From Armatimonadota bacterium (GTDB lineage Bacteria > Armatimonadota > SYMT01), in the NCBI GenBank assembly GCA_046292385.1, contig JBKBRF010000031.1, positions 1 to 64,000 on the forward strand: DNA of 64,000 nt, read 5' to 3'. Each line of letters begins with the position of its first letter. Position 1 is the stretch's first letter. A program made the position numbers and the translations under genes. The notes beneath the pieces were generated by a model, which ran no database searches, had not been told where the DNA came from, and saw only the letters and a program-made list of their open reading frames with translations. This document shows, in pieces, positions 1 through 10,884 of this stretch.

Positions 1-533
<533 letters not shown>

Positions 534-656
534 TCTTTACTCCCCCCGGGGTAATACCTGCCGGCAGAGCCGGCCGGGGAACCCGAACAGGGCCCAGCCG
601 TGCTTACCCGGCAAGGTCCGGGGGGGAAACAGGCCCGGACAGGAGCGTAGCGAGCG

Positions 657-869
657 ATGAGTACCGCCGAGATCGTGTTGTGGGTCCTGCTAGCGCTGCA
701 CGCGCTCTCGATCGTCGACGTCTGGATGTCCCGCCTGAGCCGCACGGCGCAGGTGCTCTGGACCTTCGTCCTGCTCTTCATGCCGGCGGTCGGCCTCTTC
801 GCCTGGGTCCTCACCCGCCAGTCCGCCCACCGGCCGCTCCCGGACCTCCCGAGCGAGCCGGCGGCGTAG
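657..869 (+). CDS. small two-TM membrane protein (PLDc_N-like)
   Basis: AGGAG SD; two hydrophobic helices with W..(x)..P..G pattern. Confidence 0.65.
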   Translation: MSTAEIVLWVLLALHALSIVDVWMSRLSRTAQVLWTFVLLFMPAVGLFAWVLTRQSAHRPLPDLPSEPAA

Positions 870-884
870 ACTTCCGAACCGTTA

Positions 885-1105
885 TTCACCGCGGAGACGC
901 AGAGAGCGCGGAGAGAACCCGAACCAGAACCAGACTAACCGCCAAGACGCCAAGACCGCAAAGAGGAACCAGAAGGGACAGACTCCGGGGCCGCTGTTCC
1001 GTACTCGACAGGCGAGCTAGGCCCATCCCTCTTGGCGAGCTTTGCGTTCTTGGCGGTTCAATACAGTTCCGGTGCTCTCCGCGTGCTCCGCGTCTCTGCG
1101 GTGAA
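885..1105. repeat. nested intergenic palindrome (family A, MITE/REP-like)
   Basis: Outer IR ttcaccgcggagacgcagag../..ccgcgtctctgcggtgaa; inner IR accgccaagacgccaag../..gcgttcttggcggt; related to 31230-31526 and 32255-32588. Confidence 0.75.
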
Positions 1106-1133
1106 TCCCCGGTCCCCCTACCGGCCGGTCCCC

Positions 1134-3044
1134 CTACCGGAAGGTGAGCGTGTAGACGAAGCCGGCGCCGGCGTCCCACTCATCGTCGCCGAGGAGGCGG
1201 TCGATGAAGCCGATCAGGAGCAGGTGGTTGCCGAGCTGGTGCCGGAGCCGCAGGGTGGCGCGCTCTGCGGCGTCTTCGCGGACCGCGTATTCCAGGAAGA
1301 GGTCGACCTTCGCCCGGTGGTAGAGCGCCGGGAAGTAGAGGCCGCCCATGAAGAGGTGGCGGTTGTTGATGCCGCGGCCCACTTCGAAGTAGCCGTCGAC
1401 CTTGTTGGGGAGGATCGGCTGTGAGGCGTCGAACGACCACCCGAGGTTGTGCCCGTCTTCCGTGACGTGCAGGAGGGAGTAGCCGACGTACCCGCCCCGG
1501 AACGGTGCCTGGCCGCGCGCGTAGAAGCCATGGTGGCCGCGCCGGCGGAGCGCCTGCGTGTCCATCAGGTAGGCGACCTGCTGCCGGAAGCCGTCGAAGT
1601 TGCGCTGCAGCACCACCGCGTCACTCGCCTGGAGCCCCAGCAGGGTGCCGATGTCGTTGTTGTTCGCCGGGCCGAGGAAGAGGTGCTGGCGGCCGGCGAT
1701 CACCTCTCCGTGGTGGCCGCGGAGGTGGAGGAACGCTTCGCTGAGGTCGTGCTGGCTCCGGCTGCCGTCGACGAGCGTGTACCGGTAGCCGATCTCTCCG
1801 TAGACGTCGCCGGAGACGCCGGAGAGGCGGACCCGGGCGCCGGTGGCGCTGCTGCCGTCCGTGAGGAAGCCGTACGGCTCGAACCGCCAGAGGACGTTGT
1901 CGACGCCCTCATCGGTCGGGTACGGCGGCTGCACGTTCTGCGGAAGGAAGATCTCCTCCGGCCGCGGGGCGGGCCGGCCGGTGCCGGTCGCCTGGGCGAA
2001 CTGTCGGCCCAGGGCCGGGCGCATGCCGAACGCCTTCGCCCCGAACTTGCCGGGCGGCAGCGGCTCGCCGCCGCAGTCGTCCTCCCCGTGCGGCGCCGGC
2101 GTTCGCCGGCCGCCGTTCAGGCCCAGCACGCTGCGGATGGCATCGTCTGCCGCGAACTGCTGCTCCTGTACCGTCTGGTGCTCCTGGGTGCCCGGGTAGG
2201 TCTGGAGATGGTCCTGCTCGTTCTGGAAGAACGGCTGGCGCACGCCGCCCGCGAACTCCGCGTTGGCGACCGGATAGGCGCCGCCGGGGGCCTGGTTCGG
2301 GCGGACCGTGGTCCCCTGCCCGGAGCGCAGTGGGATCACCGGATCGCCCGGGTTCTTCCGCAGCAGATAGCCGCTCTCCCCCTCCCCGCGGGCGGGCAGC
2401 GCCGGGGTGAAGGTGACGGTACCGGTCTCCCGGTTGAAGCCGGTGATCGAGCGGACCAGGTTGGCAAACGGGCCGTCGGTGAACTGGATCTGGCCGCCGG
2501 TCCAGTCGACGGTGCTGTCCTGGAGCACGTCGTCGACCAGGGTGGTGCCGGACACCTGGTCCGCCACCCCCGCGGAGATCGGGTTCGAGGCGCTGGCGAC
2601 GAAGACCAGGCCCTGGTAGCAGCGGACGAGCGTCTTCTGACCCTGCTCGTCCACTTCCAGCGTGAGCTGGGTTCCGCGGACCGCCGCCACCGCGTCGCCG
2701 CCGCTGATGGTGCCGGGCGACTTGTAGTTCGCGTGCACCTTCCCGCGCACCACGCGCACGTCGCGCTGGCGGCGGCTGGTGACCACGATCTCCGTCAGCT
2801 CGCCCAGCGTGAGGAGGCTGCCGTCCGAGAACTTGAGCCGCGCGCCGGAGCGGCCGGCGGTGCGCACCCGGTCCCCCACCTCCAGCGCGTCGCCGAGCCT
2901 GGCGTCGACCAGCGTCTCGGTGGCCGGTTTGCCCCGCTTCACCACGCGCACGACCTGGTTCAGGTTCGCCGCGGTTTGCGCGTGCGCCGCCGCTGCGCCC
3001 AGCAGGAGCGCCAGCGCGGATGAGCCCGCCACGATCTTTTTCAT
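1134..3044 (-). CDS. FecR-domain protein with probable C-terminal outer-membrane beta-barrel
   Basis: Signal peptide MKKIVAG..AHA; FecR motifs GDRVRT, FSDGSLLTLG, AAVRGT; alternating beta-strand C-terminus ending FVYTLTFR; ATG overlaps upstream TGA. Confidence 0.75.
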   Translation of the reverse strand: MKKIVAGSSALALLLGAAAAHAQTAANLNQVVRVVKRGKPATETLVDARLGDALEVGDRVRTAGRSGARLKFSDGSLLTLGELTEIVVTSRRQRDVRVVRGKVHANYKSPGTISGGDAVAAVRGTQLTLEVDEQGQKTLVRCYQGLVFVASASNPISAGVADQVSGTTLVDDVLQDSTVDWTGGQIQFTDGPFANLVRSITGFNRETGTVTFTPALPARGEGESGYLLRKNPGDPVIPLRSGQGTTVRPNQAPGGAYPVANAEFAGGVRQPFFQNEQDHLQTYPGTQEHQTVQEQQFAADDAIRSVLGLNGGRRTPAPHGEDDCGGEPLPPGKFGAKAFGMRPALGRQFAQATGTGRPAPRPEEIFLPQNVQPPYPTDEGVDNVLWRFEPYGFLTDGSSATGARVRLSGVSGDVYGEIGYRYTLVDGSRSQHDLSEAFLHLRGHHGEVIAGRQHLFLGPANNNDIGTLLGLQASDAVVLQRNFDGFRQQVAYLMDTQALRRRGHHGFYARGQAPFRGGYVGYSLLHVTEDGHNLGWSFDASQPILPNKVDGYFEVGRGINNRHLFMGGLYFPALYHRAKVDLFLEYAVREDAAERATLRLRHQLGNHLLLIGFIDRLLGDDEWDAGAGFVYTLTFR

Positions 3045-5149
3045 TGGTGTTCCTTCCCTACTGCGTTCCGGTCCGCGCCCGCGGGCGCGCAATCTGGTCC
3101 CGGTACACTCGCCGCCGCCCTGTCGCGCCCCGCCTCTCCCGGCGGAGCTCCACCGCCGGCCTGAGGGCGCGCCAGCTCGATCGAGTAGACCGGCATCGGC
3201 TCTTTCCGGCCCCGGACCACCGCCGTCCCCCGGGAGACGGTCGGCGCCAGGTCTCCAGCCGCTTGCTTCGTTGCCTCACTAATAAGGATCGTTGTACCGA
3301 ACTCCTTGTTCATTCCTTCCAGCCGAGAAGCGACGTTCACCACGTCGCCGATCACGGTGAACTCGGCGCGCTCGCCCTGGCCGATCTCGCCAACCGTGGC
3401 TGGCCCGCTGTGGATGCCGATGCGCGTCTTGAGCGGCGGCTTGCCCCGCATTTCCGGTGTGCGCTGCCAGGCGTTGAGCACCTCTTCCATTTCGATGGCG
3501 CAGCGAACGGCCCGCGCGGCGTGATCCGGCTGCCGGTCTGGGAAGCCGAAGTAGGCCATCATGCCGTCTCCCATCAGCTTGTCCATCGTCCCGCCGTGCT
3601 TGAACAGGATCGGGAACATCACGGCGAAGTAGCGGTTGAGCAGCTCGCAGATCTCCTGACTCGACATCGTCTCCGAGAGGGTGGTGAAGCCCTGGAGGTC
3701 GGAGAAGAGCATGGTGATCTCGCGGGTTTCGCCACCGAGCTCCGGCCACTCGCTCAGCTTGTCCGCCACGCCGGGGCCCACGTGCCGGCTCAGCACCCGC
3801 CGCACCCGGAGCTGTTCCTTGCGCTCGCCGAAGTACATCACCACCGACTGCGCGGGTACGACGATCAGGACCCCGACCGTGGCGGTCACCGGCTCCAGCC
3901 AGACGCCGAAGTCCGCCAGCAGACGCGGCGTGCCCCACCAGAGCAGCCCGATGGCGCCCGCGCCGGCAGCCACCAGCGGCACGGGACTCAGGGCTCGGCC
4001 GACCAGCGCGAGCAGCAGGCAGACGCCGGCGAGCAGCAGCACCCGCAGCCACTCCGGGGCGTTGGACGGTGGAAGGCCCTGCAGCGCCGTCTGCGTGATG
4101 TGCGCCTGCAGCTCTACGCCCGGCATCTGGAAGCCGTCCTCTTCCGAAGAGCGGACCGGCACCCGGTGGAAGTCCTGCTTCACCTTGGTCGCGTCGCCGA
4201 TCAACACGATCCGGTCCTTCAGCCGCTCCGCCAGGATCTCCCGCTCCGCCGCGCGCTCCGGCTCGAACGCCAGGTAGACGTCTTCGTAGCCGATCACCGT
4301 CCCCGGCCCCGCGGGCGCTCCCCTGGGGCCGTAGAACCAGATGTAGCTGGCGTCGCGCCGCGCGTCCCACGGCTGCTTCGCCGGTCGCCGGCCGAGGAAC
4401 GTCCCGGTCTTTGCGAGCTCCTCCGTCATCACCGTCTTGGGGTTCGCGCCGGAATAGGCGGCGGCCGCGGCAACGCCGAGCGTCGGGATCAGCGTGTCCT
4501 CCCCGGTGTCGTAGTCGATCCCGGGAAACGCCCACCAGAAGCTCCGGACCGTCTTGTCCGAGTCGAGCGGCACGTTGACGACTCCGATCCCGGCTGACGC
4601 CTCATAGAGTGAAAACTCGGGGTAGCTGATGTCGATCGTGCTCTGCGCCAGGTCCTTCTTGTTGCCGCGGTCCTCCACTACCGCCAGGATCACCCGCCCG
4701 TGGCGCCGGATCGCCTCGGCGAGCCGGGGGTCCGCCTCGGCGTCCTCGTCCGCGAAGAGGAGGTCGAACACGATCACCTTCGCACCGAGACGGCGAAGGT
4801 TGTCGAGCACGCGCGCGTGGAAGGCGCGCGGGTGGTCGGTCCACGAGAGGCCGCCGGGCGGGGTCTCCACCCGGGAGAGCTGCTCGAAGGTGTCTTCGGA
4901 GATCTGCACGACCGTGACCGGCCCGGGCCGGACCGACCCGCCCCCCGCGTTCTGCGCCCGCGCGGTCATGCCGAGGTCGAACGCGGTCCCCTCCACCTTC
5001 AGCAGCAGCGGGTTGCCGCCGCGGTGGAGCTGCGCCTGCAGCGTGTACGCCGCCACCACGGCGACCAGGGCCACGGCGAGCGTGGCGACCCGCAGCCAGC
5101 CGGCGCGGCTGAGCGCGCGGCCCAGATTGCTTCCAGGGGCGGACACCAA
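3041..5149 (-). CDS. CHASE2-domain class III adenylate cyclase
   Basis: CHASE2 motifs (VIVFDLLF, RIVLIG, MPGVELQA), 3 TM helices, cyclase motifs MLFSDLQGFT, DKLMGDGMMA, FTVIGDVVNVASRLE. Confidence 0.92.
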   Translation of the reverse strand: MVSAPGSNLGRALSRAGWLRVATLAVALVAVVAAYTLQAQLHRGGNPLLLKVEGTAFDLGMTARAQNAGGGSVRPGPVTVVQISEDTFEQLSRVETPPGGLSWTDHPRAFHARVLDNLRRLGAKVIVFDLLFADEDAEADPRLAEAIRRHGRVILAVVEDRGNKKDLAQSTIDISYPEFSLYEASAGIGVVNVPLDSDKTVRSFWWAFPGIDYDTGEDTLIPTLGVAAAAAYSGANPKTVMTEELAKTGTFLGRRPAKQPWDARRDASYIWFYGPRGAPAGPGTVIGYEDVYLAFEPERAAEREILAERLKDRIVLIGDATKVKQDFHRVPVRSSEEDGFQMPGVELQAHITQTALQGLPPSNAPEWLRVLLLAGVCLLLALVGRALSPVPLVAAGAGAIGLLWWGTPRLLADFGVWLEPVTATVGVLIVVPAQSVVMYFGERKEQLRVRRVLSRHVGPGVADKLSEWPELGGETREITMLFSDLQGFTTLSETMSSQEICELLNRYFAVMFPILFKHGGTMDKLMGDGMMAYFGFPDRQPDHAARAVRCAIEMEEVLNAWQRTPEMRGKPPLKTRIGIHSGPATVGEIGQGERAEFTVIGDVVNVASRLEGMNKEFGTTILISEATKQAAGDLAPTVSRGTAVVRGRKEPMPVYSIELARPQAGGGAPPGEAGRDRAAASVPGPDCAPAGADRNAVGKEHQ

Positions 5150-5158
5150 TGGGGATCC

Positions 5159-8100
5159 TTACTTCTTCCCGGACGACGGCCGCGTCCCGCACCCGGTGCC
5201 CCGGACCGAAACGTCGACCGAGCTTCGCCGCGGATCGGAGGAGCGGATGACGAGCGATTCGGAGAACGTGCGGCGCCTCGGCGGGATGAACCGGATCGTC
5301 ACCTGGAGCGACTCGCCCGGGGCGAGCGTATAGGGAACGCCGCTGACGCCCTGCGCGAGCACCTTCTCCTTTCCGACGTAGAGCGTGAACGGCGCCTCGA
5401 CCGGGCCGATCGTGCCGTTTAGCTCTCCCTGACCGGTGTTCTTGAGCGTGATCCGCTTCTCCGCGTAGTAGGTGACGCGGATGTTGCCGAACTCGACCCG
5501 GGTGGGGGTCACTACCAGGCGGCCGGCCCCCCGGAAAACGATCTCACCGCATGGCTCGGCAGCGCGGTTGCCTGCCGCGTCGACCGCCTCGATCGTGACG
5601 CGGTACCCGCGGAGGCTGCCGGTCTTGTTGCCGGCGAGCGTTACCGAGCCGTGGTAGAGCTCGCCGCCCTTCTCCGGCGAGAGCGTCACCGTAATGGTGC
5701 CGTCGCCCTTCCCCTTGCCGGTCTTCCTGACGCCGCCCGGCACGAGCCGGGCGACCACCCGCTCCAGCCCCTCCGAGTCGAGGATCCGGGCGCTGATCCG
5801 AACGGTGCCCCCGGTGGCCGGAAGCTCCCGCGGATCGACGGTGCAGTCCGAGATCCGCGGCAGGTCGGTAACTACAAACTCCCCGCAGTCCTGCGTCGCC
5901 ACGTTGCCGGAGGCGTCGGTGGCGCGGATCACCACCTCGTACCTCGCGGTTTCCGCGCCCTCGTTGGCGGGGGCGTCGAAGTCACCCACGTGGGTAATCT
6001 GCAGGCCCTGCCCCAGCGGCCCGCGCTTACCGCGGATCCGTGGGTTCGGGTCACCCAGCTCGATCGTCTCGGTGCTGCCGTCCGGGCTGGTGATTACCGC
6101 TTCCACCCGGTTCAGCGCCTCGGAGTCGGTGACGCTCGCCTGGATCCGCACCCGGCCCCCGGAGGCGAGGAGCTGCCGCGGGCTGGCATCGCAGAAGTGA
6201 ATCTGCGGCGGGGTCCGATCCGCCGCGCCGACGGTAAAAGCGCCGAGCGACCTCCGGCTCACGTTGCCGGCCGCGTCCTGGGCCAGGACCTCCACCCCGT
6301 AGGTGAGCGTCTCTTCCGTGGTGTTCGCCCCGGCCGTATAGGTCCCGGTGTAGACGTCGTTCGCGCCGGCAGTGAGCGTCACCGTTGCCGTGGTCTCATC
6401 CGGCAGGGTGACGTGGGCCTTTGGACCCACCACCCCCACGTTGTCGGTGATGATCGCGCGGATCGTCACCGTGCCGCCTTCTTCCGAGAGCGCGACCGGG
6501 TCGAGCGTGCCGCTCTCGATCACCGGGGGATCGAGGTCCGCCCCTTCCACCGTGAAACCGCCGGCCGCGGACCTCCCCACGTTCCCCTGCGCGTCTGCCG
6601 CCTGGATCTCCACCGAGTAGGTCTTGGCATCGCGGGCCGTGTTCGCGGGCGCGGCGTAGGTGCCGCGGTAGACCATCGCCCCGGTATCGAGCGTCAGCGC
6701 CGCCTCCGCCGTGGAGGAGTCGGGCAGGGTGATCACCGCCTTCGCGGAGGCGACCCCCACGTTATCGGTGATGCGCGCGGAGATGAGGACCGGGCCGCCG
6801 CCGGAGGGCATACTGCGCGGCATGAGATTTGCCTCGGTAATCACCGGCGGCTGCGCGTCGCCGGCGGCCACTTCGAACGTGCCGCACGGCTCCGTAGCGA
6901 GGTTCAGGGCGCCGTCTTCCGCGCCGATCTCGACGCTGTAGGTAGCAGCCGTCGAGCCACTGTTCGCGGCAGCGGTATAGGTCGCCTCGAACGTGTCCCC
7001 GCTCGTCCGGGCGAGGAGGATCGTCTCGACCGTCAGGTCCGGCCGCGTGACCTTTGCCTGGACCCGGGTCACCCCCACGTCGTCCGTCGCGTCCGCGCGG
7101 ATCACCACGTCACCGCCGGACGCCGGAAGCGATCTCGGCGTCACGCTGCAGTTGGAGAGGGACGGCGGGGTGGCGTCCCGCTGTACCCTGACGTCGCCGC
7201 AGCCCGCGCGGCTGGTGTTTCCGGCCGCGTCCGCGACTTCCACCTCGACCCCGATCGTCATCTCCACCGGGCCGCTATTCGCGGGCGCGGTGAAGGTGCC
7301 GGAAAAGGTGTCGCCCGTGGCCCGGGCGAGCGTCACGCGCTCGTCGCCGGCGGGCAGGTGGACGATCGCCTCCGCCTTAGCGACGTCGACATTGTCCTTC
7401 GCCTCGAGAGTCACCGTCACCGTCCCGCCGGCGGGTCCCAGCACGGTCGGATCGAGCGAGCAGGAGGGGATCAGCGGCGCCTGGCGGTCGACGTACGCCA
7501 CCGTGAAGTCGTAGCCCGAGCTGGCATTCTGGGTGACGCCGGCGAGCGCGGCGTTTCCGAACGGATCGACGCTCACCGCCAGCGCCTCGTCCTGCGGCAC
7601 GCTTCCGGTCAGGCTGCCGTTCAGGATCGTCGGCGGCAGCAGGTCGCCATTCGGCGCCAGCTCGAGCAGGGCGAAGTCAAAGCCCGAGCCGGCGTTGTGG
7701 AAGCGTCCCGCGACGTAGATGCGGTCACCCGGCCCGATGAAGACGGCGTTCCCCTGGTTGTCCGGTGCCTCGGTCTCGGAGCCGCGGATCCGCTTCGTAA
7801 ACGAACGGGTGCCGTCCGCGGCGAGCAGTTTGTCAATGCGAATGTCGGAGTCGCTCGAGCCTTTATGGAAGCCGGCAGCCACCACCGCGTCGGTGCTGTC
7901 GACCGCCACGTCGAGCACTTCTGCGTGGTCCCCCGTGCCGGCATCCGGCTGGGACGACCACACGAAGTTTCCGTCCGCAGCGAGCTGCAGCACGTAGAAC
8001 TGGCTCGCGCCGGCGGTAAAGAGCGTGCCGCCCACGACCACGCGGCCCTGGCTGTCCACCACGACCGAATTCGCCCGCGTCGTGACGTCGCCCGTCCCGC

Positions 8101-8932
8101 CCGCGTCGGAGTAGTCCCAGAGGTCCTCCCCCGTGCTCCCCTGGAGCTTCAGCACGTAGAAGCTGGACCCGCCTTCCGTCATCAGCGTGCCCACGGCGAC
8201 GATATCTTCCTGGTCGCCCCCTCCGGTGACCGTCCCCGCTCCGGCCACGTCGAAGGCGAAGTTCCCCACGGTCCGGGAGCTGATGAACCGCCGCCAGCCG
8301 AGATCGCCTTCCCGCCCGGAGAACTTGACCACGGTGAACGACTGGACCCCTCGCCCATCGGTGCTGTAACCGGCGGCGACCGGGTTCTCCACCGCGTCGA
8401 GCGTCAGGCTCAGCGCCCGGTCGTTCCCGCCGCGGTCCGGCAGCGTCTTGGCCCAGACCGGCGTGCCGTCCGGAGCCCACTTCGCCACCAGCAGGTCCTC
8501 TCCCGTCGCCGGATCGCTCACGTAGCCCGCGACGAACACGGAGCCGTCGCGGCCGACCTCCACGTCGGCGCCCGCCGCGGAGCCGCCCGACGCGCTGATG
8601 GTGCGCGACCAGAGCTCCGCGCCGCTGGGCGCGTACTTCACCACCACCAGCTCCGTGCCGCCGGTCAGCGACTCGACCGCGCCCGTTGCCACTACGTTCC
8701 CCTGGTGATCGGTCTCCACGTCGGCCGCCCGCTCCAGCCGGGAGGTCTCGCTGCCGCTCAGGGTCCGGACCCACGCGAAGGGCGGCGGGGTCTCGGCGAC
8801 CCCGACACGTGTAGGAGCTGCGGTGCGACGGCTGGGGAGCCGCCGCCTTTCCGAATCCGCGACCCCGGCCAGGGCGACCGCGGAAAGGCCGGCGACGGCG
8901 AGGGTGGCGAGCAAGCGAGAGCGGCGGTTCAC
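5159..8932 (-). CDS. large secreted protein: beta-propeller repeats, ~5-6 tandem Ig-like repeats, C-terminal ASH/choice-of-anchor-D-like domain
   Basis: Signal peptide; repeated VAVD..G.V.V.G..K...G...W units; repeated D..PP.I..C...P..L...GG.V.I.A...D units; VEFG..ITLKNTG..VTIRFIP tail. Confidence 0.75.
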   Translation of the reverse strand: MNRRSRLLATLAVAGLSAVALAGVADSERRRLPSRRTAAPTRVGVAETPPPFAWVRTLSGSETSRLERAADVETDHQGNVVATGAVESLTGGTELVVVKYAPSGAELWSRTISASGGSAAGADVEVGRDGSVFVAGYVSDPATGEDLLVAKWAPDGTPVWAKTLPDRGGNDRALSLTLDAVENPVAAGYSTDGRGVQSFTVVKFSGREGDLGWRRFISSRTVGNFAFDVAGAGTVTGGGDQEDIVAVGTLMTEGGSSFYVLKLQGSTGEDLWDYSDAGGTGDVTTRANSVVVDSQGRVVVGGTLFTAGASQFYVLQLAADGNFVWSSQPDAGTGDHAEVLDVAVDSTDAVVAAGFHKGSSDSDIRIDKLLAADGTRSFTKRIRGSETEAPDNQGNAVFIGPGDRIYVAGRFHNAGSGFDFALLELAPNGDLLPPTILNGSLTGSVPQDEALAVSVDPFGNAALAGVTQNASSGYDFTVAYVDRQAPLIPSCSLDPTVLGPAGGTVTVTLEAKDNVDVAKAEAIVHLPAGDERVTLARATGDTFSGTFTAPANSGPVEMTIGVEVEVADAAGNTSRAGCGDVRVQRDATPPSLSNCSVTPRSLPASGGDVVIRADATDDVGVTRVQAKVTRPDLTVETILLARTSGDTFEATYTAAANSGSTAATYSVEIGAEDGALNLATEPCGTFEVAAGDAQPPVITEANLMPRSMPSGGGPVLISARITDNVGVASAKAVITLPDSSTAEAALTLDTGAMVYRGTYAAPANTARDAKTYSVEIQAADAQGNVGRSAAGGFTVEGADLDPPVIESGTLDPVALSEEGGTVTIRAIITDNVGVVGPKAHVTLPDETTATVTLTAGANDVYTGTYTAGANTTEETLTYGVEVLAQDAAGNVSRRSLGAFTVGAADRTPPQIHFCDASPRQLLASGGRVRIQASVTDSEALNRVEAVITSPDGSTETIELGDPNPRIRGKRGPLGQGLQITHVGDFDAPANEGAETARYEVVIRATDASGNVATQDCGEFVVTDLPRISDCTVDPRELPATGGTVRISARILDSEGLERVVARLVPGGVRKTGKGKGDGTITVTLSPEKGGELYHGSVTLAGNKTGSLRGYRVTIEAVDAAGNRAAEPCGEIVFRGAGRLVVTPTRVEFGNIRVTYYAEKRITLKNTGQGELNGTIGPVEAPFTLYVGKEKVLAQGVSGVPYTLAPGESLQVTIRFIPPRRRTFSESLVIRSSDPRRSSVDVSVRGTGCGTRPSSGKK

Positions 8933-9263
8933 GTTCCAGGTTCCTTAGGACGAATTCGGGGCGGCGGCGGGACCGCCGGGCGGCCGCTCTCCGGCTGGGG
9001 TAGGAAGCGAGCGGCCTTTCCGAGGTTCACGGCGGCGCGGCCCGCTCCCTCCTGCGGCGCCCGTTCGCGGACGCCGGCAAGCCATCCGGGCAAGGAGCCG
9101 TCAGGTTTGGACCGGGAGCGAAGCTGCCAGACTGAGAGCGGCGCCTAAACCCAGGACGCTCCGAGCGCCTGCCGGTTTGGTCACTACCACTCAGATAGCG
9201 TGCGGGGAGGGCGAAGCAAGACCTACCCGCTCCAGGAAAACAGACAAAAGGGCCACGGGACCG

Positions 9264-9602
9264 ATGAAAGATCGAGGGAACGCAAAGGAGATCCTGCTGG
9301 TGCACCCGGACACCCGCTTTCGAGCCACCCTCCGGCAGGTGCTGGAGGAAGCAGGGCACCGGGTGGAGGTGGTGGCGGACGCGCCCGCCGCGCAGGAGCG
9401 CTTGCGAGCAGAGCCGCCCCCCGCGCTGCTGCTGCTGGGAGATGGAATGCCGCCCGAGAGCGTGCGGCGGCCGGGAGTGCCGGTCATCCGCCTGGTGGGC
9501 GGAGCGTCCGCCGCCGGGGAGACCGCGGAAGTCGCCGTGCTCGAGCGGCCGCTCGACGTCGATGAGCTACTCACCACGGTGCAGCAGCACCTGCCGGAGT
9601 AG
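9264..9602 (+). CDS. single-domain, degenerate response-regulator receiver protein
   Basis: ILLVH..L..VLEEAGH.V..P.LLLL..PVI..LERPLDVDELL receiver-like pattern. Confidence 0.65.
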   Translation: MKDRGNAKEILLVHPDTRFRATLRQVLEEAGHRVEVVADAPAAQERLRAEPPPALLLLGDGMPPESVRRPGVPVIRLVGGASAAGETAEVAVLERPLDVDELLTTVQQHLPE

Positions 9603-9727
9603 CACCTCGGAGTGGGAGAGTGGGCGCAAGGGAGAGTGGGCGCTAGGGAGAGCGGGAGAAACCGCTGCCGGGGAGCGCCCTCGCCTGGCGAAGGGCCGCC
9701 GCCGTAACCATCTGCCTTGGAGTAAGA

Positions 9728-9818
9728 GCCGGAATCGCCGTGCACGGAAGGTTCGACTTTAGCCTTTAGCCTTCTGCCTTTAGCCTTTAGGATCCCTCAT
9801 CGTTCATCCTTCATCCCT
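9728..9818. repeat. intergenic repeat family B (hairpin ccgtgcacgg plus (cctttag)n)
   Basis: Similar to 35499-35590, 63322-63412 and, inverted, 54638-54730. Confidence 0.7.
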
Positions 9819-9905
9819 CTAAACAGGAGGGACTCGCTCCGGCGGACGGCAAACTGAAGGGCGATTTCGCCTTTCCGCTCGCCCGCCGCGAGCCAGGAGC
9901 CGACC

Positions 9906-10871
9906 GTGGACAGCTCTCTCGACCGACGACAGTTCTTCGCCCGCTCGGGCGCCGCCGCGGCCGCCGCCGGAGCGGCCGCGCTGGCCCGACCCGCCGAGGC
10001 GGGCTCCACCCCCCGGAAGCCGTTCCGCTTCTGCCTGAACACCAGCACCATCCGCGGGCAGAAGCTGCCGCTCGAGGAGGAAGTCGACCTTGCCGCGCGC
10101 GCCGGCTACGACGCCATCGAGCCGTGGATCGGGGAGATCGACGACTACGTGAAGCGCGGCGGCTCCCTGCGCGACCTCGCCCGACGGATCTCGGACCGCG
10201 GCCTGACGGTGGAGAGCGCCATCGGCTTCCCGGAGTGGATCGTCGAAGACGAGGCCCGCCGGCAGCGGGGCCTGGACGAAGCGAAGCGCTCGATGGAGCT
10301 GGTCAAGCAGCTCGGCGGCAAGCGGATTGCCGCGCCGCCGGTCGGCGCCCAGGGCCAGAACGACGCGCTGATCGAGCTTCCCCGCGCCGCAGAGCGGTAC
10401 CGCGCGCTGTGCGAGCTGGGGCAGCAGATGGAGGTGGTCCCGCAGGCGGAGGTGTGGGGCTTCTCCCGCAACATGAGCCGGCTGGGCGAAACTGCCTTCG
10501 TGGTGATCGAGGCGGGCCATCCGTTCGGCTGCATCCTGCCGGACATCTACCACCTCCACCGCGGCGGCTCCGGCTTCGGCGGGCTGCGCCAGCTCTCCGG
10601 CGAGTCGGTGCAGGTCTTCCACATGAACGACTACCCCGCCGAGCCCCCCGCGCCGCAGCTCAACGACGCCCACCGCGTCTACCCGGGCGACGGCGTGGCC
10701 CCGATCCCCGCGATCCTGCGCAGCCTGATCCACCCGGACCGCACCCTCGTCCTCTCGCTGGAGCTGTTCAACCCGGACTACTGGAAGCAGGACGCCTTCC
10801 AGGTGGCGAAGACCGGCCTGGAGAAGATGCGGAGCTGCGCCGCGAAGGCGCTGGAGCAGCGCTCCGCCTGA
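9906..10871 (+). CDS. Tat-exported sugar phosphate isomerase/epimerase (xylose isomerase-like TIM barrel)
   Basis: DRRQFF Tat motif; GYDAIEPW, DIYH, HMND, LSLELFN. Confidence 0.85.
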   Translation: MDSSLDRRQFFARSGAAAAAAGAAALARPAEAGSTPRKPFRFCLNTSTIRGQKLPLEEEVDLAARAGYDAIEPWIGEIDDYVKRGGSLRDLARRISDRGLTVESAIGFPEWIVEDEARRQRGLDEAKRSMELVKQLGGKRIAAPPVGAQGQNDALIELPRAAERYRALCELGQQMEVVPQAEVWGFSRNMSRLGETAFVVIEAGHPFGCILPDIYHLHRGGSGFGGLRQLSGESVQVFHMNDYPAEPPAPQLNDAHRVYPGDGVAPIPAILRSLIHPDRTLVLSLELFNPDYWKQDAFQVAKTGLEKMRSCAAKALEQRSA

Positions 10872-10884
10872 CGGCCGGCGCGGG

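Noticed and set aside
5651..9148. Long antisense/alternate-frame ORFs (e.g. 5651-9148, 28838-32167, 13991-15925, 56200-58065)
   Set aside because: Shadow ORFs of high-GC genes; Arg/Ala/Gly/Pro-rich with no motifs, overlapping clearly identified genes
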